DNA of 64,000 nt from Eimeria praecox (taxonomy: Eukaryota), in contig OY986949.1 in assembly GCA_963920595.1 (NCBI GenBank), forward strand, positions 2,170,001-2,234,000, in the 5' to 3' direction. Below, one piece after another: positions 21,507 to 34,806 of the stretch. Positions within the stretch are counted from its first letter, which is position 1, and each line of letters opens with the position of its first letter. The translations under genes were made by a program, and so were the position numbers. The notes under the pieces were generated by a model that saw only the letters and a program-made list of their open reading frames with translations, ran no database searches and was not told where the DNA came from.

Positions 21507-21864
21507 AAGTTGATGCTAAACCCTAACCCCTAAACCCTAACCCCTAACCCCTAACCCCCAAACCCTAACCCCTACCCCCTAAACCCTAAACCCTCCTCCC
21601 TCCCCTCTCCCCCCTAAACCCTCCCCCCTCCCCCCTCCCCCCTAAACCCTAAACCCTATTGTGTTTACTTTTTATCGATAACTATCCACTCTACGCAGGG
21701 CCGATGTCGAATAGTTGGCGTCTTCTTCTCTACCTGCATGCGGCAGCATCGCGCAGCAGCAGCAAAGTCCTGCTGCTCTCCGTACACCTTACGACGAATA
21801 GCAGCAGCAGCAAAACAGATAGACAGATTAAAACAAACAAAACACCCCAAGACCTATATATAAC

Positions 21865-21951
<87 letters not shown>

Positions 21952-23094
21952 AGGCTGTACATACACTGCAAAACCAAAAGAAACTACTAAAACACAAAAT
22001 CTACTAACATCACACACCCTCTATATCTACCCTATCAAACATAACTGCAGCAGCAACTAGCTACAGCTAGCTGCAGCAACAGCTGCTGTTGCTAGCTGCT
22101 GCAGCTAGCAACAGCAGCCATCAGCAGCTGCTGCTGACAACAGCAGCAGCAGCAGCAGCTAGCAGCAACAGTAGGAGCAACAACAGCATCAAAATCAGCA
22201 GCAAAATAAGCAGCAGCAGCAGCAACAGCACCAGCAGCAACAGCACCAACACCAGCAACAACAGCAGCAGCAACAGCACCAACACCAGCAGCAACAGCAT
22301 CAACACCAGCAGCAACAGCAACAACAGCAGCAGCAACACCAGCAGCAGCAACAGCACCAACAACAGCAGCAGCGACAGCAGCAACAGCAGCAGCAGCAGC
22401 AGCATATCTATCTTACTTCTTCTTCTACTCTCATAGTAATATAATCGAATGTCGTCATATGATGACGTAAGAGATACGCATGCAGCAGCAGCAGCTGCAG
22501 CAGCAAACCTAAGACGGGGATATTAATAAAAATTGGAAGGACAGAGAAAAAGTAAAAAACGACAGAGTTGAAGCCTCCATAAAACTAACAAACACAAACA
22601 CAAACACAAACACAAACACAAACACAAATACAAATACACACACACACACACACACATGCATACATGCATGCATGCATGCATGCATGCATGCATGCATGCA
22701 TGTACACCCAAACAAATATTATACATATTACTAGATAGATAGCTAGCTAGCTAGCTAGCTAGATAGCTAGCTAGCTAGCTACGAGTCTGATGCAGCTGGT
22801 GTGTCTGTGTCTGTACACCGCAGCAAAACAACTGCAGAACTCTCAGTCACCTGCCATAATAATAATAATAATAAGCAGCAGCAGCAGCATGTGCTGCTGC
22901 TGCTGCAGCAGCAGCAGCAGCAGCAATGTCTACGGTGTCTGTACAGCTGACTAGGTAGTCTTACATTCCTCCAATGAGGCGCACTGACACCTGCTAGCGC
23001 CTCAGCTAGAATTTGATAAATACAAGAAACAATCAACATCGTCACCATAGTTGCTGCTGCTGCTAGCATCCCCACAAACTCCCTGCAGCAACAG

Positions 23095-23141
<47 letters not shown>

Positions 23142-23825
23142 GCAGCAGCAGCAAATGAGCGAAAAGCCATCATCAAATTAACTTCGAAGAGATGAAGATG
23201 AAGAGACAGAAAATACAAATAGTGGCTTTCTAGAATAAGAAGAAGAAAGTTAAGAAAAATAAAATAAAATAAATAAAAATAAAATAAACAAAAATAAAAA
23301 TAAATAAATAATAATAAAATAAACAAACATAAAATAAAATAAAATAAATAAAAAATAAAAATAAACAAAAATAAAAATAAACAAAAATAAAATAAAATAA
23401 AATAAAATAAATAAAATAAAAATAAACAAAAATAAAGAAGAAAGAAGTAGAAAAGAAAGATATGGAAACACACAAATGTAGAGAAAGGCAGTCGAGAGGA
23501 TTCAGGTGTACAGACACTCGAAGACACACCCTAACCCTAACAACTGCAGCAGCAGCAGCAACAGCAGCAGCAGCAACAACACCACCAACAGCAACACCAC
23601 CACGGACACAAGCAGCAGCAGCACCACCACCACCAGCAGCAGCAACAACAGCAGCACCACCACCACCACCAACAGCAGCAGCAGCAGCAAAAGCAGCAGC
23701 AGCAGCAGCAGCACCAACACCCCCACCACCAACAGCAGCATCACCACCACCACCACCACCACCACACCCAACAGCAGCAACAGCAGCAGCAACAGCAGCA
23801 GCAACAGCAGCAGCAACAGCAGCAA

Positions 23826-23857
<32 letters not shown>

Positions 23858-24576
23858 GCAGCAACTAACTTGTAGTTGTTCTTTCCAACACAATTATTAA
23901 TCCAAATACAATGATGATCAAATACATCAATACATTTATTACATGACCTGCAATGTTTACTTTTCTCTAAAACACCTCCGCATACACCGCAAATACGGGA
24001 TGCTTCGGGTGTATCTTCAGGTATATCTTCTTCTTTATCTTTCGCCTCATATATATTCTCTCCTTCCAAATAATTTATATATTCTCCTGATTTAAAGGCT
24101 AGAGGATCGATAGGATCAGAGGCTGTACAATAGTAAGCTAATATAAATAATATAATAGTAATAATAAAATATATACTACTTAGAATAATTTTCAAAACAA
24201 CACCTCCTATAGCAGGTATACAAATACAATAAAATAATATAATATTGCATGCATATAAAAACCAAGAAAATATTTGATAGAGTTGAAGAGGGTAGCTAAA
24301 TCCATGTCGACGTATAAATTGAGCTGGTGTTCTCGATTCTGTTCTATCTATAGCAGTACAAAGCTGTTGTTTTTTGGATTCGATTATTATATAATGTGTT
24401 TCTGCATAATTAGATTTTCTTTTATTCTTATCTTCCACTGTACAGACACATCTACCCTTGACGCATTCTCGGATACAAACACACACAGGAGAGGCTTCAA
24501 CAGACACATCTACATCACCACACGGTCTTTCTTCAGAAGGATATGCTCCTCCTGCTGCTGCTGCTGTTGTTGTTCC

Positions 24577-24608
<32 letters not shown>

Positions 24609-24808
24609 GTGCTGCTGGTGCTGCTGCTGCTGCAGGAGAAGGCGAAGGTGCTGCTGCTGCTGCAGCAGGAGAAGGAGAAGGTGCTGGTGCTCCTGCTGCT
24701 GCAGCAGGAGCAGAGGAAGATATATCCATAGGAGAGCCGTTCGATTTCAAGATGCCGTCAGATCTGTCTGCATGCATGCTCGTTAGTTGAATTCCCTTGG
24801 TTGCGGGA

Positions 24809-24850
<42 letters not shown>

Positions 24851-25011
24851 TCTGGAGCCGTCGTCGGCTGGTCGGGGTCCGCTGCTGTTGCTGCTGCTGT
24901 TGGAGCTGCTGCTGCTGCACTTTGTGGTGCAGATGCTGCAGTAGTTGATAAAGATGCTTCATTTTTATCTTTTGATGGTGTTTGAGAAAGGGTTTGAGGG
25001 CTCATCGTCAT
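20473..25011 (-). CDS. DHHC zinc-finger palmitoyltransferase (ZDHHC1/11-like N-terminus), 7 exons (25011-23870, 23082-22965, 22584-22417, 21733-21669, 21470-21380, 20850-20806, 20652-20473), ~602 aa
   Basis: [13 protein letters not shown] motif, two TM helices, the DP motif, the Cys-rich domain CGVC...[33 protein letters not shown], two more TMs, and LHAYL...MTTFDYI (TTxE-like), followed by WIVIDKKRLRRAK. Exon phases are consistent; the last two exons are less certain. Confidence 0.92.
22656..22701. repeat. Tandem (TGCA)n, i.e. overlapping TGCATGCA palindromes
   Basis: About 10 units in DHHC intron 2, between (AAACAC)n/(CA)n and (TAGC)n arrays. Confidence 0.9.
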
Positions 25012-26732
25012 GGTTGACTGTGCCGGCTGCCCGCAGCGAAGGATGAATACGAATTCAGGTGTATGCTGAGGTCGTCATTCCCCAATATATTCTTTATTTA
25101 TGTCAATATTGATTTTAGAACATATATACATTATATTAATTATAAAACACAAGAAAATCTGCAGCCGACGCATACAGAAGATTGGCTCTGTGACTACTAC
25201 TCTGAGGTGTACAGACAGCTGGCGGTTCGCCTGTTCAGGTTCATAGATTATGAGATTTTTTATGTTTTATAATTCAGAATAAATATGTTTTCTTGTGTAT
25301 TTTATTCTTTTATTCGTAAAAAAACAAGTTGAAAAGAGAAATGCAAGTTAAGAATGTTCCTAATCCCGGGGCTGGTCGCCGCTTTCTGTGCAAGGTGTAT
25401 GTATATATAAACAGGTTTCTGGTGTATATGTATGATGTGTCTGTCGATATAGAAGCTTTTCATAATTAAAAAACATAAATATATTCTTTTTATATTCAGA
25501 GAAGGTAGATCTTTAATAAAGAAGACAGAACAAATAAACCGTTGAGTCTTGTTGTTGTTGTGCTCGTCGCTAGACTCTGTATTCTCTGACTTGTTGCTTA
25601 TGTATATTATTTCCTTGGTTTTTTTCTTTATTTTATATACATTATCATTTTATTCTATTATTAACAGTATATAAAACATACAAAAACAGAACTTGTGCCC
25701 TCCTACACACGCTGTTTCATGTAAAGCTCGCGAGTCATCAAGGCAGCGACACCGCTAGTGTATATACACTCGCATCTTCTTCCCTACAACAGTTTAATTA
25801 ACAGACAAACAGCAGCATATAAATATAAATCTCTCTATATATAAATAAATATATACATATATATATATATATAACAGGGAATACGCTAACTTCCCCCCAT
25901 GCATTTTGTTAAACAGTTTACACACAAACAAGCTGTATGTACACCCCGATAAACGAGAGGGTTATATGTCTACACAGTCTTCTTCTTCTTAGCGTAGTTG
26001 TATTCTTTCTTTATATACCTAACCCCCTCCTTACCTCCTAACCCCCCGTCTACCTAACCCTAAACCCTAAACCCTAAACCCTAAACCCCCCCCCCCCCTC
26101 CCCCCCAGCAGCCAGTAACAACAACCTACTCTTGTCTAATAGCTACGAATTCTGTATAATTTATTATATAATTTTCTATTATCTCAGAATTGACATCAAA
26201 GTTCATGTAGTTTCATGTTGTTCTTGCTATTCTACCTTCTCGGATTTGTTGCTGAATCGTCTGAGGTGTACATACACCACAAAATTGTTTTTAAGTTTCT
26301 CTTTATTTTCTCTACACTGCAACTTCAAGTGTTAAAAAACAGAAAATAAAATAAAATAAAATAAAATAAAAATATATGCAAATATATAAATAAGAAGAAA
26401 TAAATATAAAGAGAAGTAAGAGAAGTAAGATAATGCTGCATGCATGTTTGGGGCTGTTGTTCTTATGCTAGACGAACAAAAGATAATTATTTATCGTTTC
26501 ATAGAATATAAATAAACAAATTAAACAAATACAATATCGTATGAAACACGCCTGGACCTACGAGGTGTACAGACACCGCAGATAAACAAGCAATCTCTCG
26601 TCTCTGTAGAATATACAAAGACGAGCGACTTCACAGATACAAACAACATTACAACACTACACAACAAACAGGAAAAAAATGAGGAAGTCCGCGAGATATG
26701 TCTGCGTAGATATACATATCTAAGAGGTATTT

Positions 26733-26791
<59 letters not shown>

Positions 26792-26842
26792 GCCTGAGGC
26801 CTGCATATCAACGGCCTCCAGGCGCTCATCCAGCTACAAGAG

Positions 26843-26918
<76 letters not shown>

Positions 26919-26923
26919 CAGTT

Positions 26924-27329
26924 CTACGATGTAGAAGCACCTAAAGACGTACAAGTTGCTGCTGCTGTGAGGCTGCATGCGGCTGGCCTCTCTGTGTGTC
27001 TGTTTGCTGCTGCTGCTGCTGCTGCTGCTGCAGCAGCAGCAGCACCAGCTCCAGTCCCTAACCTGACAATACGAACTGCTGCTGCTAGCTGAAGCATCTG
27101 TAGACTGAATATGTGTTTATCTAGACAAGCATGATGAGCCTTAGAACGAGCAGAAACAGCATCAGCATTACTGCATACGTAGATATCTGTTGTTGTTGTA
27201 GCTGCTGTCGTCTGTAGGTCTTGTATGTTGAGGGTTGTCTGTTTCTCCTTAGTTAACGATCGGGGAGGTGTGCGTGCTGTTGTTGCTGCTGCTGCTGTTG
27301 CTGTTGCTGCTGCTGCTGCTGCTGCAGCT

Positions 27330-27361
<32 letters not shown>

Positions 27362-27955
27362 TACTGAGCCTACAGACAGCCCTCCTGCTCCTACTCCTCT
27401 TGAGTCTGCTGGCTTTGCAGACATCAATCTTTCTTGTTTTCTCCAACGAAGACGATGATGACGTACTGAGCGGCTTCTTGAAAGTCTAGCTCGTGCACGA
27501 GCTGTACGTACACTGCGTGAGCGGCGTTTTAATATTGCCTCTCCTGTAGTAGTAGTAGTAGAACTAACTCGAATTGTTTTATTTTTATATTTTCTTGGAG
27601 CACTTGATAAAGTAGAACGTGTAGTAAGCATTTGTATTCCTGAAGAATCATAAGAACCAGCCCAACGCCATTCTGTCATGGTTTGAATGAATGGTGTTGC
27701 TGCGGTTTCTGCAGGCCGACGTCGGGTGTCTTGACAGCTTGATGAAGATGAATTCGAGGCAAAACTTTGTGTACACCACCATAAACCCAAAGAAAGTAAA
27801 GCAACAGCAAATAAACTAATTATAACTGCAATACATAAAATCTTAAGATCTAATCTACTACTAGTAGTAGTAGACGATGTTGTATGGCTGTTATCTTGCA
27901 AACGATATCCGCCCTCCACCGTCCGTAGATATTCTTGAGTGTTCAACTGTATCAT
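26924..27955 (-). CDS. Hypothetical single-pass membrane protein, 343 aa
   Basis: ATG-initiated 1032-nt ORF in AT-rich flanks, with one hydrophobic helix ([22 protein letters not shown]), an Arg-rich stretch and poly-Ala tracts. No family recognised; the 3' part could be spliced. Confidence 0.55.
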
Positions 27956-28152
27956 CGGGAATGAAGAAAAGATAGAAAATACAGATAATTATATTATTAT
28001 AAGAAGAAGAAATACAAATCTGTTAATTTAATATTTACAGACAAATCAATTAATTATCAATGAAAAAAAAACCTGAGGATTATATATCTTCCCAGACAAA
28101 TCAAACTGTACAGCTATATCATCGCTGTGTTAGCTGCATCGATTCATAAGAA

Positions 28153-28183
<31 letters not shown>

Positions 28184-29748
28184 CAAAAATATGTATAAAA
28201 AGTATATATACACAGATTCCCTCGTCTCCTTTCAAGGACAAACAGAAATAGAAAGCACTAAAAATACGGCTTAATACGCCACAGAAGAGTCTGTTGTTTT
28301 GTTTTCTTCCGTTCATACAACAAAGAAATACGGAATTAACTACTGTATGCCTGCTCACGAGGCTCTGATAAGATTCTAGCACTGCATACACCATCACGGA
28401 CACCTTACACCTCCTTCTTCTTCAGTAAATGCTTAAGCTCTAGCCAAGCAAGTTGCTGAAGTCATATATATATCTATGCTGAGCGCTGCGATATAATTGA
28501 ACGGGGGATCGGGGGAGGGGGGGGAGGGGGAGGGGGAGAGGAGAGAGAGAAAGAGGGAGAGAGGGATGGGGAGAGGGGGAGAGGAAGGAAGGGAAGAGGG
28601 GAAGAGGAAGAACTTTCACGGTGTCAGCCGTCAGCCATCATATTCATGGATTAATAATGTTGGGTAAGAAAACCTGAAAACGCCAAAGACTAGTGACCCT
28701 CGCATCAACGCTGCCGCTTCAGCACGTGTTGTGGGGTGGAAAGACGAATGACAGGAACTGCTTCATAGCAGCACGCCTCGCAGCACCCCTCGGTTTTGTA
28801 AGAAGTACAAGTTAAAATAATTTCGAAGTATGAACGAAAAAGAAGAAATAGTCCTTCTCTTGTTCATGTTCGGTAGGCTGAGGCGATGAGATGACACCGT
28901 GCACGGGAGAAATGGAGGACGAGCAGCACACCCGTCCAAATAAGACTGAATAAATCATGTGTTGTCGAGATGAAAACGATAAAATAAACTAATTTTCATC
29001 CTTCCTTCAACAAAATACTCGTATGCACTTCATAAAGACGAACGCACAGGCGCCTTCCTCATATCCCTGGCCTCCTCAAGCCCAGCCCCAGTGTAGCTAC
29101 ACCTCGTTGAGGTGTATTGATCGATTTCATAAAGAAATATCAATATTTGCTCCTCCTTTTCTAATTTAATTTATTTAGATTAAATTAAAAAAGTAGTATT
29201 ATGCCCTTACACCTGATATTCATCATTTACTTACCCTTTTACTTCAATTTCCTCCCCCTCCCCCTCCCCCCTCGCCGTCGACGATTGCAGCCACCCGCTC
29301 TCGTAACGGGCGTCGCGGTGAGTCTTCTGCCTTTCCTGTTTGTTGTAAGTACATGAAAATATGAATTTAATATACTAAACTATTATTCTTAACTGTTTCT
29401 GGTGTTTGTTTGCCTTTATTCTCTTCCGTGTGTCTATTCTGAATGCGAGCATCCCCTGAAATTGAAACAAGGGCTCTAATGCACGCCACCACTGTGCTCT
29501 CTAGAGTAAAATTAAAAAAACATTTGTCTGTGCCTGTTACATAAGCAAACTACTCAGGCTTCTCTGCCTGATATGAACTAGACATGTATGTATGTCTAGT
29601 ATTATCTCTACCCTTCTTATTGTTGAAGCGTTAATACATAGAGAGAAAACCTCAAAGCTTCGGCCTCCCCTAAACGAAGATAGAATACATGAAAAGAACA
29701 TCGAAAAATTGCATGATACAACAGACGCATGCATAAAATCTGCTGCCT

Positions 29749-31711
29749 CTACGTATGATATTTCAGAAGCACAGGAAAGAAAGAATTAAATACTTCTCGA
29801 ATTTCTGCTGTCGTCCTACAACCGGTGATAACGACTTTGCCGCTCACAAAGATAAGCAACACTGCTTTCAATGAAGGAGTTGGATTATAGCGATAGACAA
29901 GGCCTAGAAACACAACATTCACACAAACAAACAACGTAAACAACGTAAACAACGTGAAGAACGGGGGACGGGGAAGGGGGTCGGGGCGTCTGTCCCCTTT
30001 AGTCTATTCCCCCTTGCGGTGTAAGTACAGACAGAGTTAGAAAACAGCAAAAAGGGTTGAAAGTGGGGGGGAGGGGGGAGGTTTAGGGTTAAATGGATGT
30101 AAGGAAGACAACTAGAGAGGCATCAATGTCCTAACCTACCTGCAAATAGCTCAGGTTCATAACTGCAGAACTCCTTATGATCGAATGCAAGACCCTCTAG
30201 TCTCACAGGAAGGCCACAATCTGCCGTAGCAACGATATTTTCTACAGCAAATTCTGTTAGTCGAATATCTGTGAAGCTACGTTTAGATAGAGCACTTAGG
30301 GGAGGAGGTGGAGTTGAACGCGAGGCATCGTTTGCTGGGACGACTGCGAGCTCGTCTCTTCCTTTCTCTGCTCTTCCTTTCTCTGCTCCTTCAGAAGCAG
30401 CAGACGACTCGCTTTCTGTCAGTTTATCCTTCTGAACGCTCCCTTCAATCTCTTGAGTTGTTTTCTTGGGGTCTTTTTCATTAGAGCCTTCTTCGACACC
30501 CTCAGACGCCGTCAGAGCCAGGGGCCCCTCTCGTTCATTGCCTGTTCCCTCGGAGCCCTGGGGTGATGACGCCGGAAGCCGAGGCGATACCCCCCTAGAA
30601 GAAGTGGAAGAAGGACAAAATATCGCTTGAAGCATCTTCACTAACAGACGAGCTGCTCGTAAAGCGGCGTCTTCGCTCTGAGCGCCAGTCACCATCACCC
30701 GCCCTGACAAAGAAGCAGACCGAAACAAAGTAGTACAAGAATTTAAAAATGTAGTACTTAAATGTAGTAATGTAATAATACTTAATAAATCAGATAAAAA
30801 TAATAAATACAGCAAAAAATTGAAGAAACATGAAATAAAGTGAAACTCAGGAAACCTGAATTTCAACAGGCAGTGATCACTGTGAACATACACCGCAACC
30901 TACAATACGGAATTCATGAAGGAAAACCTGAAATTTGACGTTGATACTGTTCGAATGTATTGTATCTTATCATTATTTAATAAATGAGAGAATATTAACA
31001 AATATAAAACCGTCAGTTATTGATGTAGTCCTAACAAGAATAGCATGATGTACCTGATCTGAATATCATGCCTGTACACTTGGGTTTCCGAAGCCGAACT
31101 ATACAAGCATTGACCTTTCGTGGATTATATTCTGCAAAACGACAGCTGACAGCAATTCTTCTTAGATCGAGAGCAGCACTATGACGTCCTGCTACTTCTA
31201 TGCGGCCGCTAGCAATAACATTTTGCACCTGCACGGGGTGGCTCTCTGGTGTAGGATGCCCAGCTTCTAAGGACAGACTCATATTCTTTGAGCTGTTCAA
31301 TTCAACAGGGAGGACGGTAGAAACCGCCCCCTCGCCACTACCACTAGGGCTGCTGCTTCTGTCTGCAGCTGCACGCTGTTCAGACGGAGCATCCGTGGCT
31401 TCTGCAGCAGCGAGGCCGTCGGGAAGCAACAGGGCCATGAGGCTGTCATCCAGAGAAGAAGGATCCCCCCCTGTCTGTCGTGTTTCAGTAAAACTGAAAG
31501 CAGCAGCATCTCCTTCGACCTCTTCCTCTTGAAGTGGCTGCGAGCCGCCACCCTCTAGCAAATTGCTGTCAGCAGCTTCTTCAGGTAGTAGTGGCGATCC
31601 CATTGTCCTTCTCCTTTTAAACACCATCAAATCATCTGAAGAATCCCCTCCCCTTTTTGAAATTGCCTCCAAGGCGTCTACATCTTTCGATTCATCTTCT
31701 GATTGGGCCAT
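29749..31711 (-). CDS. TBP: TATA-box binding protein, 3 exons (31711-31054, 30703-30140, 29903-29749), ~458 aa
   Basis: Repeat 1: VQNVIAS...LDLRRIA...[35 protein letters not shown]. Repeat 2: [40 protein letters not shown]...[14 protein letters not shown]. Both introns are phase 1 GT-AG. Confidence 0.96.
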
Positions 31712-32813
31712 GACGGGTAGAAACAGGCTGAGTGTCTATGCACTCAGTCGCTAAGTCATTCAGTATAGTTTTTCTTAACTTGTGTTGATTAAATACTTTT
31801 ATTAGAAGGCCAGAATCATCAAAATAAAACTATATACATCCTCTCTATTTCAGTCCTCCTCCCCTCGACATCAGGATCTGACGTCGAGGAAACACAACAC
31901 AGGTTCGATACCCGCTGCGGTGTCTGAACAGCGCATTAATTGAAGGCACAAGGCTAAAATTAAATGTTTTTATTCCCTTAACGGTGATAGTTGCAGCTTC
32001 AAATAAATACTGCGGCAAAAGAGAAACAAGAAAGCTATGACAGGATGATGATATAGCACGAAAGGTTCCTCGACCCCCCTCAAGCCTGTCAGCGACGGCG
32101 CTATTCCTTACAGGGAGCGCTCTCCATGAAAGAAAATATTGAATATAAATATATTTATGTTTAAATACAATAAATTAAAACTACCTCATTACAGACCTGG
32201 GAAGGGGGGTGAGCAGAACCTCGAGACCATATTGGACCTTCAGCAACAACGTTCACGTGGCTGCTGAATAAACAGCGAATAAATTATTTTATTTGTACTA
32301 ATGTTTCGTTTATCCTGTAAAATATTATTTAATTTGACCTTCTCCATTACAATGAAGCAATAGACTGCTGGTGCTATACTACCTGAAATGCCGCATGCAG
32401 CCCCCTTTTCAAACAAACGGAAGTGAGCAACAAAACAGAGGAGTCGTTGCGTTGCTTGAATTAGCCTACTTAACATTCGTAAATATAAAAGAAATATAAT
32501 TTATTACAACATTTCTTCATTTATACACTTGGTTGAAGTCTGTTCTTTCGGGCTTACTCTTCCGAGTCGCACGGTGCTCGATGAGTTGACAACAACATTT
32601 GTATTTTTATTTGTTTAAACTTGAAGGATTCTAACAAAGATTGAACCTATAACCACGAAGATGCGTCTGTCATAACAGCGGGGGATGTCTGGCATTCTAT
32701 CACTTCTGTATGTCTCACAGATATGAATTGTATTGGTCTGGCTGGGGGTGTTTAAGATATTCTGAGAGATTGACAGCTTCGTATCTATTAGAGGTTCTTG
32801 AAAGGGGATAAAC

Positions 32814-33617
32814 ATGGTTTTATATTCAAGAACCTCGCGGCATTTGATGCGGCGATGTTGTTCTGTTCGTCTTTCGCCTCTGCATGCATTCCAACCAAGT
32901 ATATCACCTTTCAAATATACATCTGCTTGTTTTATTACAGGATCAAACACATTTAGAGAGGGGCCTCGTGGGGTTTATTATATAAGCACTATAGTAGAGT
33001 TGCTTAGAAGCAGATCAAGTAGACAGAAAGAACTTCAAGCAAATCCCCATCCAGGGGATGAGGTAGATGCACAGAGGCCTCTGGCACCCAATCCTTATGA
33101 TAGCACCTATCAAAAACCTCCTGAGGCTCCTGATGCTCATAACATATCAAGAGAACGATTTCATCAATTTATGTATGGAAAGCCTCAGAGATTTTCAAAA
33201 GAACTCAAGGTAATTATAAATTCATTACTTCTTATCTAGTATTTGAATTAAACGAATTTTATAGAATAAATAAGAAAGTTAAGAATGAATGTTGTTGCAT
33301 GCATATTACACTATGAGTGTATGGTTGATGCTGTTTGGTGTCTATACAGTAGAAATTTGAATTGTCGTTTCTAGAATGTTTATAATATAATTATATGAGT
33401 ATAAAGGTTTGCATGCGATACATGAATGATGCAGGTAACCTTCATGGGGTGTACACTGGCGGGCTTTGGAATCGGTATGACGTGGCTGACAGCATACATC
33501 ATGAGGCCAGACGATTTTGAATTTGTTGAGGAGGAACGAAGGAGAATACAAGAAGCAAAAGATAGATTACAGCAAAGAATTGAAAACGCTAAACAGGCAG
33601 AAAACAAACAAGTTTAG
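32814..33617 (+). CDS. Small membrane protein, probably mitochondrial, COA3/CCDC56-like C-terminus; 2 exons (32814-33209, 33435-33617), ~192 aa
   Basis: Phase-0 GT-AG intron. The N-terminus is Arg/Ser-rich and lacks acidic residues. One TM (VTFMGCTLAGFGIGMTWLTAYIM) is followed by RPDDFEFVEEE and a coiled coil. The gene is likely real; the family assignment is tentative. Confidence 0.6.
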
Positions 33618-33636
33618 TTTCTTCTTGCAAGTTCAG

Positions 33637-33677
<41 letters not shown>

Positions 33678-34806
33678 AATTCTATTGTTAATCTCACAAA
33701 CAAACAATATCAGTGGTATTCATGTACCCTAACAACCCTGTCTGTCTAAGTGCCCTTATCGAAAGCCCGTTAAGCGGCAAAAGCCCAGGGTCTGTCTTGC
33801 AGGAGAAGGGGGGGCTGTCGGGCCTAGGGTGGCTCTGGTGTTTGAATATATATATGTGATGTTCTATGTTCTTATATGTTCTGCTTCCATAGAATATACA
33901 TGTACAAGGTTTGTTTTAAACCCTAACTTGCAGCTGTCTATGCACTCGAGACTCAGAGAGTTAGCAAATGCTGCAGCATTCTTTTTTTTTATCTTTTGTT
34001 AATTCGTCGCGTTCATTTTGTTTTCATCTTTCGCAGATATCAGTGAAGATGAAACGTTTATTAAATATGTTTCTATCTGATACGATGAATGGGAGGCTTC
34101 CCGTATAAGGGGAGACAGCCTGCTACTGCAGGGTACTTAGGGTAGCGGTGTTATGCTGTAGCAGCAGCTCCTTGCTATGATGTTCTGAATCCTCACCAAT
34201 TTGTAGCTCATCATTTTGCAAAGATTGAGTTGTCGTCTTGATCTAGATAATCAAAAACAAATATAGCAGCAAGGAGTTGTAGACTCGTTTCTCCCAGTCC
34301 TTCAAGAATATACTGCTGTATACACTCATATCGAGCAGCGTAGGCGTCAGTCCGCATGTGCAGAAACAGATGTTCCTCTGTGATGTTTAATAATACCCTG
34401 AGGGCGGCGCCAGCCGCTAGATCTGCTTAAATATTGTGCCTGTAACAGTACAGCCACTGTTTTCTGTCTGATTTGAGCGCAAGTTCAGGTTCATAAACAC
34501 CAGCAGTTGAAGAGGAAACCACTGCAGAACGAGCTTCGCTTCAGGGAGGAGTCATGAGTACACTCTAACAAGCATCTGAGTCGAAATTGTAAATCTAAAG
34601 CAATGAGATACTCAACAGCTTTATTGCAAGAGCCTGATTTGCTTAGATGGGCGTTTAGCAGATATTTTCAATCAAAAGAAGGTGTGCGTACACCGTAGGA
34701 AACCCGGTAACCTGATATGGTATGGTATATGATAATTGAAGACTTTTTTGCATGCACTGTTGCATTTGAAGGGGTTTCTATCGTTTTTTTTAGTGCACCC
34801 TTTTAA

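Larger units (their letters stand above)
11794..26090. repeat. Further interstitial telomere-like arrays
   Basis: Arrays at about 11794-11872, 16016-16080, 16563-16773, 18756-18815, 19048-19244, 21517-21657 and 26055-26090. Confidence 0.95.

Noticed and set aside
23230..23869. C-terminal part of the 593-aa DHHC ORF (poly-A/G/V and FYFI)
   Set aside because: Read-through into intron 1; splicing at 23870 restores the conserved NNYKEF and TM3.
31902..31912. GGTTCGATACC resembling a tRNA T-loop or B-box
   Set aside because: No cloverleaf or A-box at the expected spacing.
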